Source: Candidatus Sericytochromatia bacterium
GTDB lineage: Bacteria; Cyanobacteriota; Sericytochromatia; S15B-MN24; UBA4093
Length of the DNA stretch: 64,000 nucleotides
Assembly: GCA_036676985.1 (NCBI GenBank)
Contig: JAKFBU010000030.1
Location: 1 to 64,000 of the forward strand
Direction of reading: 5' to 3'
The notes beneath the pieces are model-generated. The model made no database searches, had not been told where the DNA came from, and saw only the letters and a list, made by a program, of their open reading frames with translations. Every line of letters begins with the position of its first letter. The first letter of the stretch is position 1. Made by a program: the position numbers and the translations under genes. Of this stretch, positions 39,063-47,767 are shown piece after piece.

Positions 39063-42000
39063 TCAGGCGCTCCGTGGGCCCGAAGGGGTCACCTCCGGCT
39101 GCTCCGATACGGAAGGAACGAACCCTACCTGGATCATGTAGTCGAGGTAGGTGTCGAAGAGCCTTCCATCCAATGGAGGACAGGGGATCATGCCGGGTGC
39201 CAGTCGCTCCCATGTGTAGCCGCAGTCGAACGCCGGGGACTGGTCCAGGAAGAACAGCTCCCACAAGGACGGCGGCTCTCCGGGCGCGCGCTCGGCGAAG
39301 AACGGTTGCAGCACCCGCAAGGCATCGTCGGGTTGGTCACCCGAGATCCGGGCGAGGTGATGCTTCCACTCCTCCAGGGGCATCAAGCGGATGGGATAGC
39401 CCTTGGCCCGTAGGTGTTCGGCCAAGCTCCGCCACGTCGCGGGCCGGGGATGGATCAGGTGGAAGACCTGGTCGGTCTGAGGGGCTTGCAGCGATAGCTC
39501 GACGATGGCCTGGCTCACGACCTCCACCGGCAGGATATCGAGGGGCGTCTCCGCATCCGGGGCGGCCTGCATCCGGATCCACGCCTGGACCATGCGGCAG
39601 ACCATGTCGCTCAGGTTGCTGACTCCCGTCCGCTGGGAGCCGCCGATGAAGCCCGGTCGATACACCGAGACGGGCAGCCCCCGTTCCTGTGCCGCCACCA
39701 CCAGCTTCTCGGCGACCCACTTGCTTTGCAGGTAGCCGCTGATGACGCTCTGCCAGCGCTCGGGCCAGTCCGTCTCGACGACCCGCCGTCCTGCGAACTC
39801 CTCGGTCGCGAACAGGGCGAGCGTCGAGACCATGTGTACCGGCTTGATCCGGGTATGGAAGGCCAAGCGCAGGATCTCCTGCGTCCCGATGACGTTGGGG
39901 CCCTTCAAGGCCGCGTAGGGATAGAGGTGGTTGGGCTCGGCCCCGCAGTGGTAGATGACATCCACCTCCTGAGCCAGCTGGGCGAATCGCTCGCCGGACA
40001 AGCCCAGGCGCGGCAGCGTCAGATCGCCATGGACGGCCTCGATCCGGGTCGCATGGGCCTCCTGCCACAGGCCATGCGCCTCCAGGTTCTCCCGGACCCG
40101 CCGCATGGCATCGCCCGGCTCGGCAGCTCGAACGAGACAGTACACCTTGGCTGGGGTCGCCTCCAGCAGATCGTGCAACAGGTAGGCCCCGAGCAGGCCC
40201 GTGGCACCCGTGAGCAGCAACGTCTCGGGCTCCGCACGAACGGGCAGGGGGTCTGCAGGCGGCACGATGGTCGGATCGAGCACCGCCTCCTGGGTCAGGT
40301 CGATGGTCGCCGCCGTGCTTTCGGTCCCCTGCTCGAAGGTCTCGAGCACGTGCTCGGCGAGGTCGCGAATCGAGAGCCCCTCGAGAAACTTGACGACGGG
40401 GATCACGCACTCCAGGCCGTCTCGGATCCGGTTCTTGAGCTCGGTGGCCGTCAATGAGTCGAGGCCCAGCCGGGGCAGCGCGACTTCCGGATCGATGCGG
40501 GCGACGGGGATCCGCAAGGAGCGGCTGAGCTCCTGGGCGAGATACGCGACGAGCCGATCCTGGCGCGCCTCGGTGGGCAACGCCAGTAGTTCTTGCCGCA
40601 GCGAACCCGCGGCCGGGATGCGGAGCTCGAGCGCCTCTTCCGTCGCTTGCTCGGGGATCAAGTGGGCGTACAGCGGCTTCGCCCCCGCACGGTGCCCGAA
40701 CCGGGCCCAGTCCATGGGCAGTACCGCGGCCTGCGCTGGGGTCGAGCCCAGGAGCCGGCTCAAGGCCTCCAGCCCCATGTCTGGCCGGATGCCGGCAAGC
40801 CCCAGCTGCGCCAGCCGTTCGCCGCGGTTTTCCTCGGCGGCCGCGAGGCCGACCTGGGCCCAGGGGCCCCAGTTGATGCTGAGGGCAGGAAGCCCTTCGC
40901 TCCGACGATGGTGGGCCAGCGCATCCAGGTAGGCGTTGGCGGCCGCATAGGCGCCCTGGCCGCTCGAGCCCAGGAGGGACGAGGCCGACGAGAACAGGAC
41001 GAAGAAGTCGAGGGGCAGCTCCCGGGTGAGGGCATGCAGGTTCCAGGCGCCGCCAATCTTGGGAGCCATCACCCGCTGGAACCGCTCAGCGTCGAGGGCG
41101 AGCAGCATGCCGTCATCCAAGAGGCCTGCGGCATGGACGACGCCCCGGAGCGGAGCCCCGTCACCCGTTGCGGCCAGCGCCGTGCGGAGCTGATCGGAAT
41201 CGGTCACGTCCGCCAGCGCGACGGTGACCGAGACCCCGGCCTGCCGTAACTCGGAGAGGACCTGATCCGCCTCGCCCCGAGGAGCCGACCGCCCCAGCAG
41301 CAGCAGGTGGCGCGCGCCGTGATCGGCCAGCCACCGCGAGACGAGCAAGCCAAGAGCCCCCAGGCCCCCGGTGATGAGATAGGTCGCATCCGGTCGGAAG
41401 GCCAGGACCTCGTCGGGTCGAGCCTCCGACTCCGATAGCGGCTGCAGCCTTTCGAGGTACCGGACTCCCGAGCGGATGGCCACGAGTGTTTCCGCATCGT
41501 CCGCCAGGATCTCGGCGGCGAGGCCGGCAAGGTCTCGGGCCCCAGGGTCGGGCTCCAGGTCGAGGCAGGTACAGCGGAGCTCGGGGTGCTCCTGGGCGAT
41601 GGTCTTGCCCAGCCCCCACATGGGGGCCTCCATCAGGGCGCTCGCCGATACGTCCGCGACGGGCTGAACGCCCGCGGTCACCAGGTAGAGGCGAGGAGCC
41701 TGGGGCCAGGCCGTCTCCCCGATGGCCTGGATCAAGGCCAGGACGCTGTGGCACCCGGAGGTCTGCGCTGCCGCAAGGGCTGCCGGGGTGAGGAGCTGGC
41801 CCGCCACGGGTGAGCGTCCCCCCAGATGCACGATGGTGGTGCAGGCCGGGCCCTCCGTAGCGCCGATGGCTTCGAGCAGCCGGACCATATCCTCGCGCGC
41901 GTCCGGTCGCAACCGGAAGCGCCGCTTGCTCGACCGTTCGTAGCCCGGTCCCGGCAAGGCCAGGTAGCATGTGATGCCCTTGGCCTCCAGGAGGGTCGCC

Positions 42001-45000
42001 AAGGAGTCGGCAGTAGCTTCCGTATCCGCGAACAGCAGGCAGGCGGAAGGGGTCACCGTTTGGTCGAGCGACAGGGGCTCCGCCTGCCAGCGAACCTGAT
42101 AGAGGCTGTCTTCGACGCGGGCGCTCCGGGCACCCTCCATGGCGCGCCACTTCAGGCCCTCGAACTCGGCGATGACGCCGTGCTCGTCGTAGAGCCGGAC
42201 GTCACCTTCGAGCGTCCCATCGTCCTGGTGGGTGCAGCGCGCATGGCACCACATCTCGCTCGAAGGGCGCGCCATCAGGCGAACGGTATGGATGCCCACC
42301 GGCAGGAAGGAGCCCGCCATGAGGGCCTCCGGGGAGACCGCCGCCATCATGGCCTGACCGCAGGCGTCCATGAGGGCCGGGTGGCCGTGATAGGCCGCGA
42401 GGTCGGGCGCCAGGGCGTCCGGAGGGACGACCTGCGCCAGCGCCTCGGAGTCTCCGCGCCAGAGGCGCTGGATCCCCTGGAACGTGGGACCGTACGCGTA
42501 GGCCGACCCGTCGCCGCGGAGCCGGCGGTAAAACTCGGCACCGGCCTGCGCCGGTCCCTCGGTCTCGAACCGCGCGCGGAGGGTCTCCGGCCGGGGCGGC
42601 TCCGAGGGGCTCGCGGTTCGGGGCGAGGCCAGCATGGTCGCATGACTCGTCCAGGCGGTGTCCGGGGGGCTGTCCGCGGGGCGGCTGTGGAGGCGGATCC
42701 GGACGGCTCCCTCCGGCGCGGGGCTCAGGGAAATCTGGACCGTATAGGTCTCGGCTTCCGAGACGACCAGGGCCTGCTGCAGCTCCAGGTCGGCCAGCGT
42801 GAGCTCGGAGGTGCCGAAGTAGCGGCTCGCCGCCGCATGCGCCATTTCCAGGTAGGCCGTGCCGGGGAAGATCGTCGCGCCAAACACCCGGTGGTCCTGG
42901 ACGAACGAGAGACGCCCGTCCACCTGGGCCTGCCAGACTCGCTCCTCCGGGTGCCCGGCAAGGCTCAAGGGCTCGCCCAGCAAGGGATGGCCTCCCTTGG
43001 TCCCACGGGCGGAAAGGCGGCGCGGGGTAGAGGGATCGAACCAGTAGCGCTCGCGCTGCCAGCGATACGTCGGCAACGGGATGAAGCGCCCGACAGGCGA
43101 GACCCGCTCCCAGTCGATCGCCTGTCCGACGGTAAAGAGCGCGGCCAGCGAGCCCAGCATGACGGCAAGCTCTGCCTCGCCCCGCTTGAGGGAGGGCAGC
43201 ACGAGCGCTGAGGGGGCCGCGAGGGCGTCGCGGACCGAGCCCGTCAGGATGGGATGTGGGCTGATCTCCACGAAGAGATCGTGCTTGGTGTTGCCGAGCG
43301 TCTGGATGGCCGGCGAGAACAGGACGGGCTCCCGCATGTTGCGCGCCCAGTAGGCGGCATCGAGCGTCGGGCCATCGACCATCTGGCCCGTCACCGTCGA
43401 GAGCATCGGCACCGTCGGTCGCTCCGGGGTGATGCCGGCCAGCATGCCTTGGAGCTCGTCCAGGAGCGGATCCATGTGGGGGCTGTGAGAGGCCACGTCC
43501 ACGTTGACCAGCCGGCAGAAGACCTCCTGCTGCTCGAGCGTGGCGAGCAGCTCGAGGACCGCCGCGCGATCGCCGGACAGGACCGTGGAGCTGGGCCCGT
43601 TGCAGGCCGCGAGGGCCAGGCGCCCCTCGTAGCCGGCGATCGCCCGCTTGGCGTCGTCCCAGCTCAGGTCGACCAGCGCCATGGCCCCCTGTCCGGCGGC
43701 CCGCTTCATCAGGTGGCTGCGCAGGCAGATGATCCGGGCGGCGTCCTCCAGGCGGAGGGCTCCGGCGACGTGGGCCGCCGCGACCTCCCCCATGCTGTGG
43801 CCGACCACCGCCTGGGGCTCGACGCCCCAGGAGCGCCACACCGCCGCCAGGGCCACCTGCACCGCGAAGATCAAGGGCTGGATGGTGTCGATGCCCTCCC
43901 AGGCCGCCTGGTCTTCGGGAGCGAAGAGCTGCTCGAGCAAGGGCACCGAGAGGTGCGGGGCCATCGCGGCCGCACAGCGCTCCAGGGCGGACCGGAAGAC
44001 CTCCGATTCGGCGAAGAGCTGCCGTCCCATGCCCAGCCATTGCGAGCCCTGGCCCGGGAACACGAAGACGACCTTGCGGCGTCGCCCGCTCCGCTTGCCG
44101 AGCGCGACGCCCGGCAACACGTCTCCGCTCGCAAGGGAAGAGAGCTTGTCCTTCAGGTCGGGAAGCGAGGTGAAGGCGATCGCCAAGCGTTGATCCAGGT
44201 GCTCGCGCCTCAGGGCAGCCGTGTGGCACAGATCTCCCAGGCCTCCGGCCGGGAGGGTGTCGACCAGGGCCGCGTAATCCCCTGCCAGGGCCGCGAGCGA
44301 GTCGGGCGTCTGGGCCGAGAGCGCGAGCAGCCGAGCTGTCGGCTCGGCGGGGTCGTCCGTCGCCGGCACCGGCTCCGGCGCCGAGGCCAGGACCACATGG
44401 CAATTGGTCCCCCCGAAGCCGAAGGCGCTGACGCCCGCGATGCAGGGGTGGGGCCAGTCCTCGAGCCGAGTCTGGACCTTCAGCGGCAGCCGGTCGAACG
44501 GGATGTAGGGGTTCGGGTTCTCGAAGTGCATGTTCGCCGGGAGCTGGCGCCGGTGCATGGCCAGGGCGGTCTTGATGACCCCGGCCACCCCCGCGGCCGC
44601 CTCGGCGTGACCGATGACCGACTTGACCGAGCCCAGGCGGCAGGGCCGATCCGCCGATCGGCCCTCGGCGAGCACGGTCCCCAGGGCCTGCGCCTCGATC
44701 GGATCTCCGAGCAGCGTCCCGGTCCCATGGGCCTCGACGTACTGGACGTCACCCGGCGAGATCCCCGCCTGGCGGTAGGCATCGCGCAGGAGGGCCTCCT
44801 GGGAGTAGCGGTTGGGAGCGGTCAGGCCGTTGCTCTGGCCATCCTGGTTGACGGCCGAGGCCTGGATGACCGCGTAGATCCGGTCTCCGTCGGCCACCGC
44901 CCGGGAGAGCGGCTTGAGGACGACCATACCCACCCCTTCGGCCCGGACGTAGCCGTTGGCGCGGGCGTCGAAGGACTTGCAGCGACCGTCCGGCGACAGG

Positions 45001-45632
45001 GCGGTCAGACGGCTGAACCCGAGGCTGAGCTCGGGGCTGAGCAGGAGGTTCACGCCGCCGGCAAGCGCAAGCGACGACTCTCCGGCCCGGAGGCTCTGGC
45101 ACGCCAGGTGGAGGGCCACCAGGGACGAGGAGCAGGCGGTATCCACCACCATGCTCGGCCCCCGGAAATCGTAGAAGTACGACAGGCGGTTGGCGGCGAT
45201 GCTCGGCGCGGCCCCCGTGTTGGTGTGCGCGTCGATGCGCTCGGGATCCGCCAGCAGCCACCGCGCGTAGTCGTTGGTGGCCACGCCGAGGAAGACGCCG
45301 ACCGATGTGCCCGCCAGACGGCTTGGAGGCTGCCCGGCATCCTCCAGGGCCTCCCAGGAGGCCTCCATCAGGAGGCGCTGCTGGGGATCCATGAGCGTGG
45401 CCTCGCGCGGCGCGATCCGGAAGAAGGACGCATCGAAGCGATCGACTCCCTCGAGGAAGCCCCCCCAGCCTGCCCCCTGAGCCTTGGGGTCGTCCGACTC
45501 GGCCGCCTCCCACCGGGACGGGGGAACCGGGGTGATGGCATCCGTCCCCGTGCGCAGCAGGTCCCAGAAGGCGTCCGGGCCATCGGCCCCCGGGAAACGG
45601 CAACCGATACCGACAATCGCGATGGCTTCCAA
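39063..45632 (-). CDS. single-module type I PKS: KS-AT-DH-KR-ACP-thioester reductase
   Basis: KS DTACSSS/HGTGT/IGH; AT GHSMG and VASH; DH HRVFGATIFP; KR GGLGALG, LDD, YAAAN; ACP GLDSL; reductase TGATGLLG and YLQSK. Confidence 0.95.
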   Translation of the reverse strand: MEAIAIVGIGCRFPGADGPDAFWDLLRTGTDAITPVPPSRWEAAESDDPKAQGAGWGGFLEGVDRFDASFFRIAPREATLMDPQQRLLMEASWEALEDAGQPPSRLAGTSVGVFLGVATNDYARWLLADPERIDAHTNTGAAPSIAANRLSYFYDFRGPSMVVDTACSSSLVALHLACQSLRAGESSLALAGGVNLLLSPELSLGFSRLTALSPDGRCKSFDARANGYVRAEGVGMVVLKPLSRAVADGDRIYAVIQASAVNQDGQSNGLTAPNRYSQEALLRDAYRQAGISPGDVQYVEAHGTGTLLGDPIEAQALGTVLAEGRSADRPCRLGSVKSVIGHAEAAAGVAGVIKTALAMHRRQLPANMHFENPNPYIPFDRLPLKVQTRLEDWPHPCIAGVSAFGFGGTNCHVVLASAPEPVPATDDPAEPTARLLALSAQTPDSLAALAGDYAALVDTLPAGGLGDLCHTAALRREHLDQRLAIAFTSLPDLKDKLSSLASGDVLPGVALGKRSGRRRKVVFVFPGQGSQWLGMGRQLFAESEVFRSALERCAAAMAPHLSVPLLEQLFAPEDQAAWEGIDTIQPLIFAVQVALAAVWRSWGVEPQAVVGHSMGEVAAAHVAGALRLEDAARIICLRSHLMKRAAGQGAMALVDLSWDDAKRAIAGYEGRLALAACNGPSSTVLSGDRAAVLELLATLEQQEVFCRLVNVDVASHSPHMDPLLDELQGMLAGITPERPTVPMLSTVTGQMVDGPTLDAAYWARNMREPVLFSPAIQTLGNTKHDLFVEISPHPILTGSVRDALAAPSALVLPSLKRGEAELAVMLGSLAALFTVGQAIDWERVSPVGRFIPLPTYRWQRERYWFDPSTPRRLSARGTKGGHPLLGEPLSLAGHPEERVWQAQVDGRLSFVQDHRVFGATIFPGTAYLEMAHAAASRYFGTSELTLADLELQQALVVSEAETYTVQISLSPAPEGAVRIRLHSRPADSPPDTAWTSHATMLASPRTASPSEPPRPETLRARFETEGPAQAGAEFYRRLRGDGSAYAYGPTFQGIQRLWRGDSEALAQVVPPDALAPDLAAYHGHPALMDACGQAMMAAVSPEALMAGSFLPVGIHTVRLMARPSSEMWCHARCTHQDDGTLEGDVRLYDEHGVIAEFEGLKWRAMEGARSARVEDSLYQVRWQAEPLSLDQTVTPSACLLFADTEATADSLATLLEAKGITCYLALPGPGYERSSKRRFRLRPDAREDMVRLLEAIGATEGPACTTIVHLGGRSPVAGQLLTPAALAAAQTSGCHSVLALIQAIGETAWPQAPRLYLVTAGVQPVADVSASALMEAPMWGLGKTIAQEHPELRCTCLDLEPDPGARDLAGLAAEILADDAETLVAIRSGVRYLERLQPLSESEARPDEVLAFRPDATYLITGGLGALGLLVSRWLADHGARHLLLLGRSAPRGEADQVLSELRQAGVSVTVALADVTDSDQLRTALAATGDGAPLRGVVHAAGLLDDGMLLALDAERFQRVMAPKIGGAWNLHALTRELPLDFFVLFSSASSLLGSSGQGAYAAANAYLDALAHHRRSEGLPALSINWGPWAQVGLAAAEENRGERLAQLGLAGIRPDMGLEALSRLLGSTPAQAAVLPMDWARFGHRAGAKPLYAHLIPEQATEEALELRIPAAGSLRQELLALPTEARQDRLVAYLAQELSRSLRIPVARIDPEVALPRLGLDSLTATELKNRIRDGLECVIPVVKFLEGLSIRDLAEHVLETFEQGTESTAATIDLTQEAVLDPTIVPPADPLPVRAEPETLLLTGATGLLGAYLLHDLLEATPAKVYCLVRAAEPGDAMRRVRENLEAHGLWQEAHATRIEAVHGDLTLPRLGLSGERFAQLAQEVDVIYHCGAEPNHLYPYAALKGPNVIGTQEILRLAFHTRIKPVHMVSTLALFATEEFAGRRVVETDWPERWQSVISGYLQSKWVAEKLVVAAQERGLPVSVYRPGFIGGSQRTGVSNLSDMVCRMVQAWIRMQAAPDAETPLDILPVEVVSQAIVELSLQAPQTDQVFHLIHPRPATWRSLAEHLRAKGYPIRLMPLEEWKHHLARISGDQPDDALRVLQPFFAERAPGEPPSLWELFFLDQSPAFDCGYTWERLAPGMIPCPPLDGRLFDTYLDYMIQVGFVPSVSEQPEVTPSGPRSA

Positions 45633-45659
45633 CTCTAGCGCTCCAACCTCGATGCCCTG

Positions 45660-45905
45660 TTAGGCCGCCACCAGGGATGCCGCGAGGGCCTCGATGGTCG
45701 GGAAGTCCCACAGCAGGGTCGGCTCCAGTTCGCGGCCGAGCATGTCCTCGAGGTCCGCGGCCAGCGTGATGGCCATGACGGAATCCAGGCCGTAGTAGGA
45801 GAAGGGACGGCGCACGTCGATCTCCTGGTCGAGGTTCAGATCCTGGGTCAGTCTTTCTACGAGCCAGTCCTCGAGGGCTTGCCGGGTGACGGGGGCGGTG
45901 GACAT
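45660..45905 (-). CDS. stand-alone acyl carrier protein
   Basis: YGLDSV attachment site, PTLLWDFPTI. Confidence 0.93.
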   Translation of the reverse strand: MSTAPVTRQALEDWLVERLTQDLNLDQEIDVRRPFSYYGLDSVMAITLAADLEDMLGRELEPTLLWDFPTIEALAASLVAA

Positions 45906-45943
45906 GGACGATTACCTTTCTGGGGTCTAGGAGTGCGGCTCCG

Positions 45944-47740
45944 TCAGCGGGGCCCCAGCCGCTTCAGGCTGCCGTCGAGATACAGCGCGCGGCAGGCGCT
46001 GCGCTGGATCTTGCCGCTGGAGGTCTTGGGGATCGAGGTCGCCTGGATCAGGACCACCTCATGGGGCATCAGCTCGTGGTGCTCGGCGACGGCCTGCCGG
46101 ATGACGCCGTGCACCTCATCGGCCTCGAGGCGGGACTCGGCCAGCTCAAAGCTGTCCAACCGGTCCTCCATGGCCCGCAGGTTTCCCTCGGTCTGAAGCG
46201 AGCGCTCGGACTGGTAACGCCGCTCGACCTCGGCGACCACCACCAGCCGCTCCTCACCCGCCACCTCGACGGAGAAGGCCGCCGTGCAGCCCTGACGGAT
46301 GGAGGGGTGCGCCTCTTCAGCGGTCCGTTCGATGTCCTGGGGATAGTGGTTGCGTCCCCGGATGATGATGAGGTCTTTGAGGCGCCCCGTGATGAAGAGC
46401 TGGCCTTCCTGCAGGAAGCCGAGATCGCCGGTCCGCAGGTAGGGCCCGGCACCGGTGTCGGCCACATGGGCCCCGAAGGTCTGGGCGGAGGCGTCCGGCC
46501 GGTTCCAGTAGCCGCGCGCCACGCTCGGCCCCGACAGCCAGATCTCGCCCACCCGATCGGGCGGGCACTCGCATCCCGTCTCGGGATCGACGATGAGGAC
46601 GTGCTGGTCATGCCAGGTCGTGCCGTTACCGACCAGCCGCTTGGTGTCCTCCGACGTCAGGGGAGGCGCGACCAGACCTTGCGACAGCAGCGACTCCGAG
46701 ACCTCGATCATGGTCGGCATCGGGCCGATTTTCTGGGACGTCACGAAGACCGTGCCCTCGGCCAGCCCGTAGCCCGCGCGCAAGGCCTCCTTTCGGAAGC
46801 CGCTCGGGGCCATGGCGGCCGCGAAGCGCTCTAGGGTGTCGGCCCGCACCGGCTCGGCAGCGTTGCCGGCGAGCCGCCAGGCGCTCAGGTCCAGCTGCTC
46901 GACTAGCTCCGGCTTGAGGCGCCGGAGGCACAGCTCGTAAGCGAAGTTCGGCGCCACCGAGTGGGTCGCCCGGTAGCGCGACAGGGCCTGGAGCCACCGC
47001 ATGGGCCGCTGGATGAAGGCGACGGGGGCCATCAGCACGCAATGGCTGCCGACGTACATGGCGTGCAGCATGCCCAAGATCAACCCCATGTCGTGGAAGA
47101 GCGGCAGCCAGCTGACCCACACCGACTCGGGGGTGGTCTCGAAGGCCGCATGCATCATCTGCTCGTTGTGCAGGAGGTTGCCGTGGCTGACCATCACGCC
47201 CTTGGGGAGGCCCGTGGATCCCGAGGTGTACTGCAGGAAGGCCAGGTCGTCTCCGTCGAGGGCCGGACCGTGCCACTCCAGTCCCTCGGCGGGCGGCAGA
47301 TCGTCGGTGGCGAGGATCGCAAGGTCCGTCAGCTCGGGGAATCCCTGGATCAGCGGCCGGTGCTTGTCGAGCGTCAACGCGACGGTCGCCTGGGCGTCCT
47401 GGGCGATCGCGGCCAGGCGCGCGCCGTCGCGGTTCTGCTTGGGGGGGTAGACCGGCACGGCCACCACCCCGGCATAGCAGCAGCCCATGAACGCCGCGAC
47501 GAAGTCCAGGCCCGCCGGGTAGAGGAGCATGGCCCGATCGCCCACCGCAAGGCGCTCTTGCAGGGTCAGGGCGATCGCGCGCGCCCGGGCGTCCAGCTGC
47601 CCGAAGGTGAGCGTCTCGGTCGTGGCGTCGCCGTCGATCAAGAACGTGTAAGCAAGCCGATCGGGCTCATGAACGGCGCGCCAGCGCAGAACGTCGACCA
47701 GCGTGCGCACCGCGGTGGGCACCGGTGCCTGAAGTTGCAA
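45944..47740 (-). CDS. fatty acyl-AMP ligase (FAAL)
   Basis: AFLQYTSGSTG.PKG, WLPLFHDMGLI, APNFAY, YGLAE, LRTGDLG, GRNHYPQDIE, IPKTSSGK. Confidence 0.95.
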   Translation of the reverse strand: MQLQAPVPTAVRTLVDVLRWRAVHEPDRLAYTFLIDGDATTETLTFGQLDARARAIALTLQERLAVGDRAMLLYPAGLDFVAAFMGCCYAGVVAVPVYPPKQNRDGARLAAIAQDAQATVALTLDKHRPLIQGFPELTDLAILATDDLPPAEGLEWHGPALDGDDLAFLQYTSGSTGLPKGVMVSHGNLLHNEQMMHAAFETTPESVWVSWLPLFHDMGLILGMLHAMYVGSHCVLMAPVAFIQRPMRWLQALSRYRATHSVAPNFAYELCLRRLKPELVEQLDLSAWRLAGNAAEPVRADTLERFAAAMAPSGFRKEALRAGYGLAEGTVFVTSQKIGPMPTMIEVSESLLSQGLVAPPLTSEDTKRLVGNGTTWHDQHVLIVDPETGCECPPDRVGEIWLSGPSVARGYWNRPDASAQTFGAHVADTGAGPYLRTGDLGFLQEGQLFITGRLKDLIIIRGRNHYPQDIERTAEEAHPSIRQGCTAAFSVEVAGEERLVVVAEVERRYQSERSLQTEGNLRAMEDRLDSFELAESRLEADEVHGVIRQAVAEHHELMPHEVVLIQATSIPKTSSGKIQRSACRALYLDGSLKRLGPR

Positions 47741-47767
47741 TCCTACCTCCCGGGGGCTCCAGCCCCC

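Noticed and set aside
39063-47740. Olefin synthase (Ols) or heterocyst glycolipid/PUFA synthase assignment
   Set aside because: No sulfotransferase-thioesterase, chain-length factor, tandem ACPs or enoyl reductase; has a DH and a terminal reductase instead.
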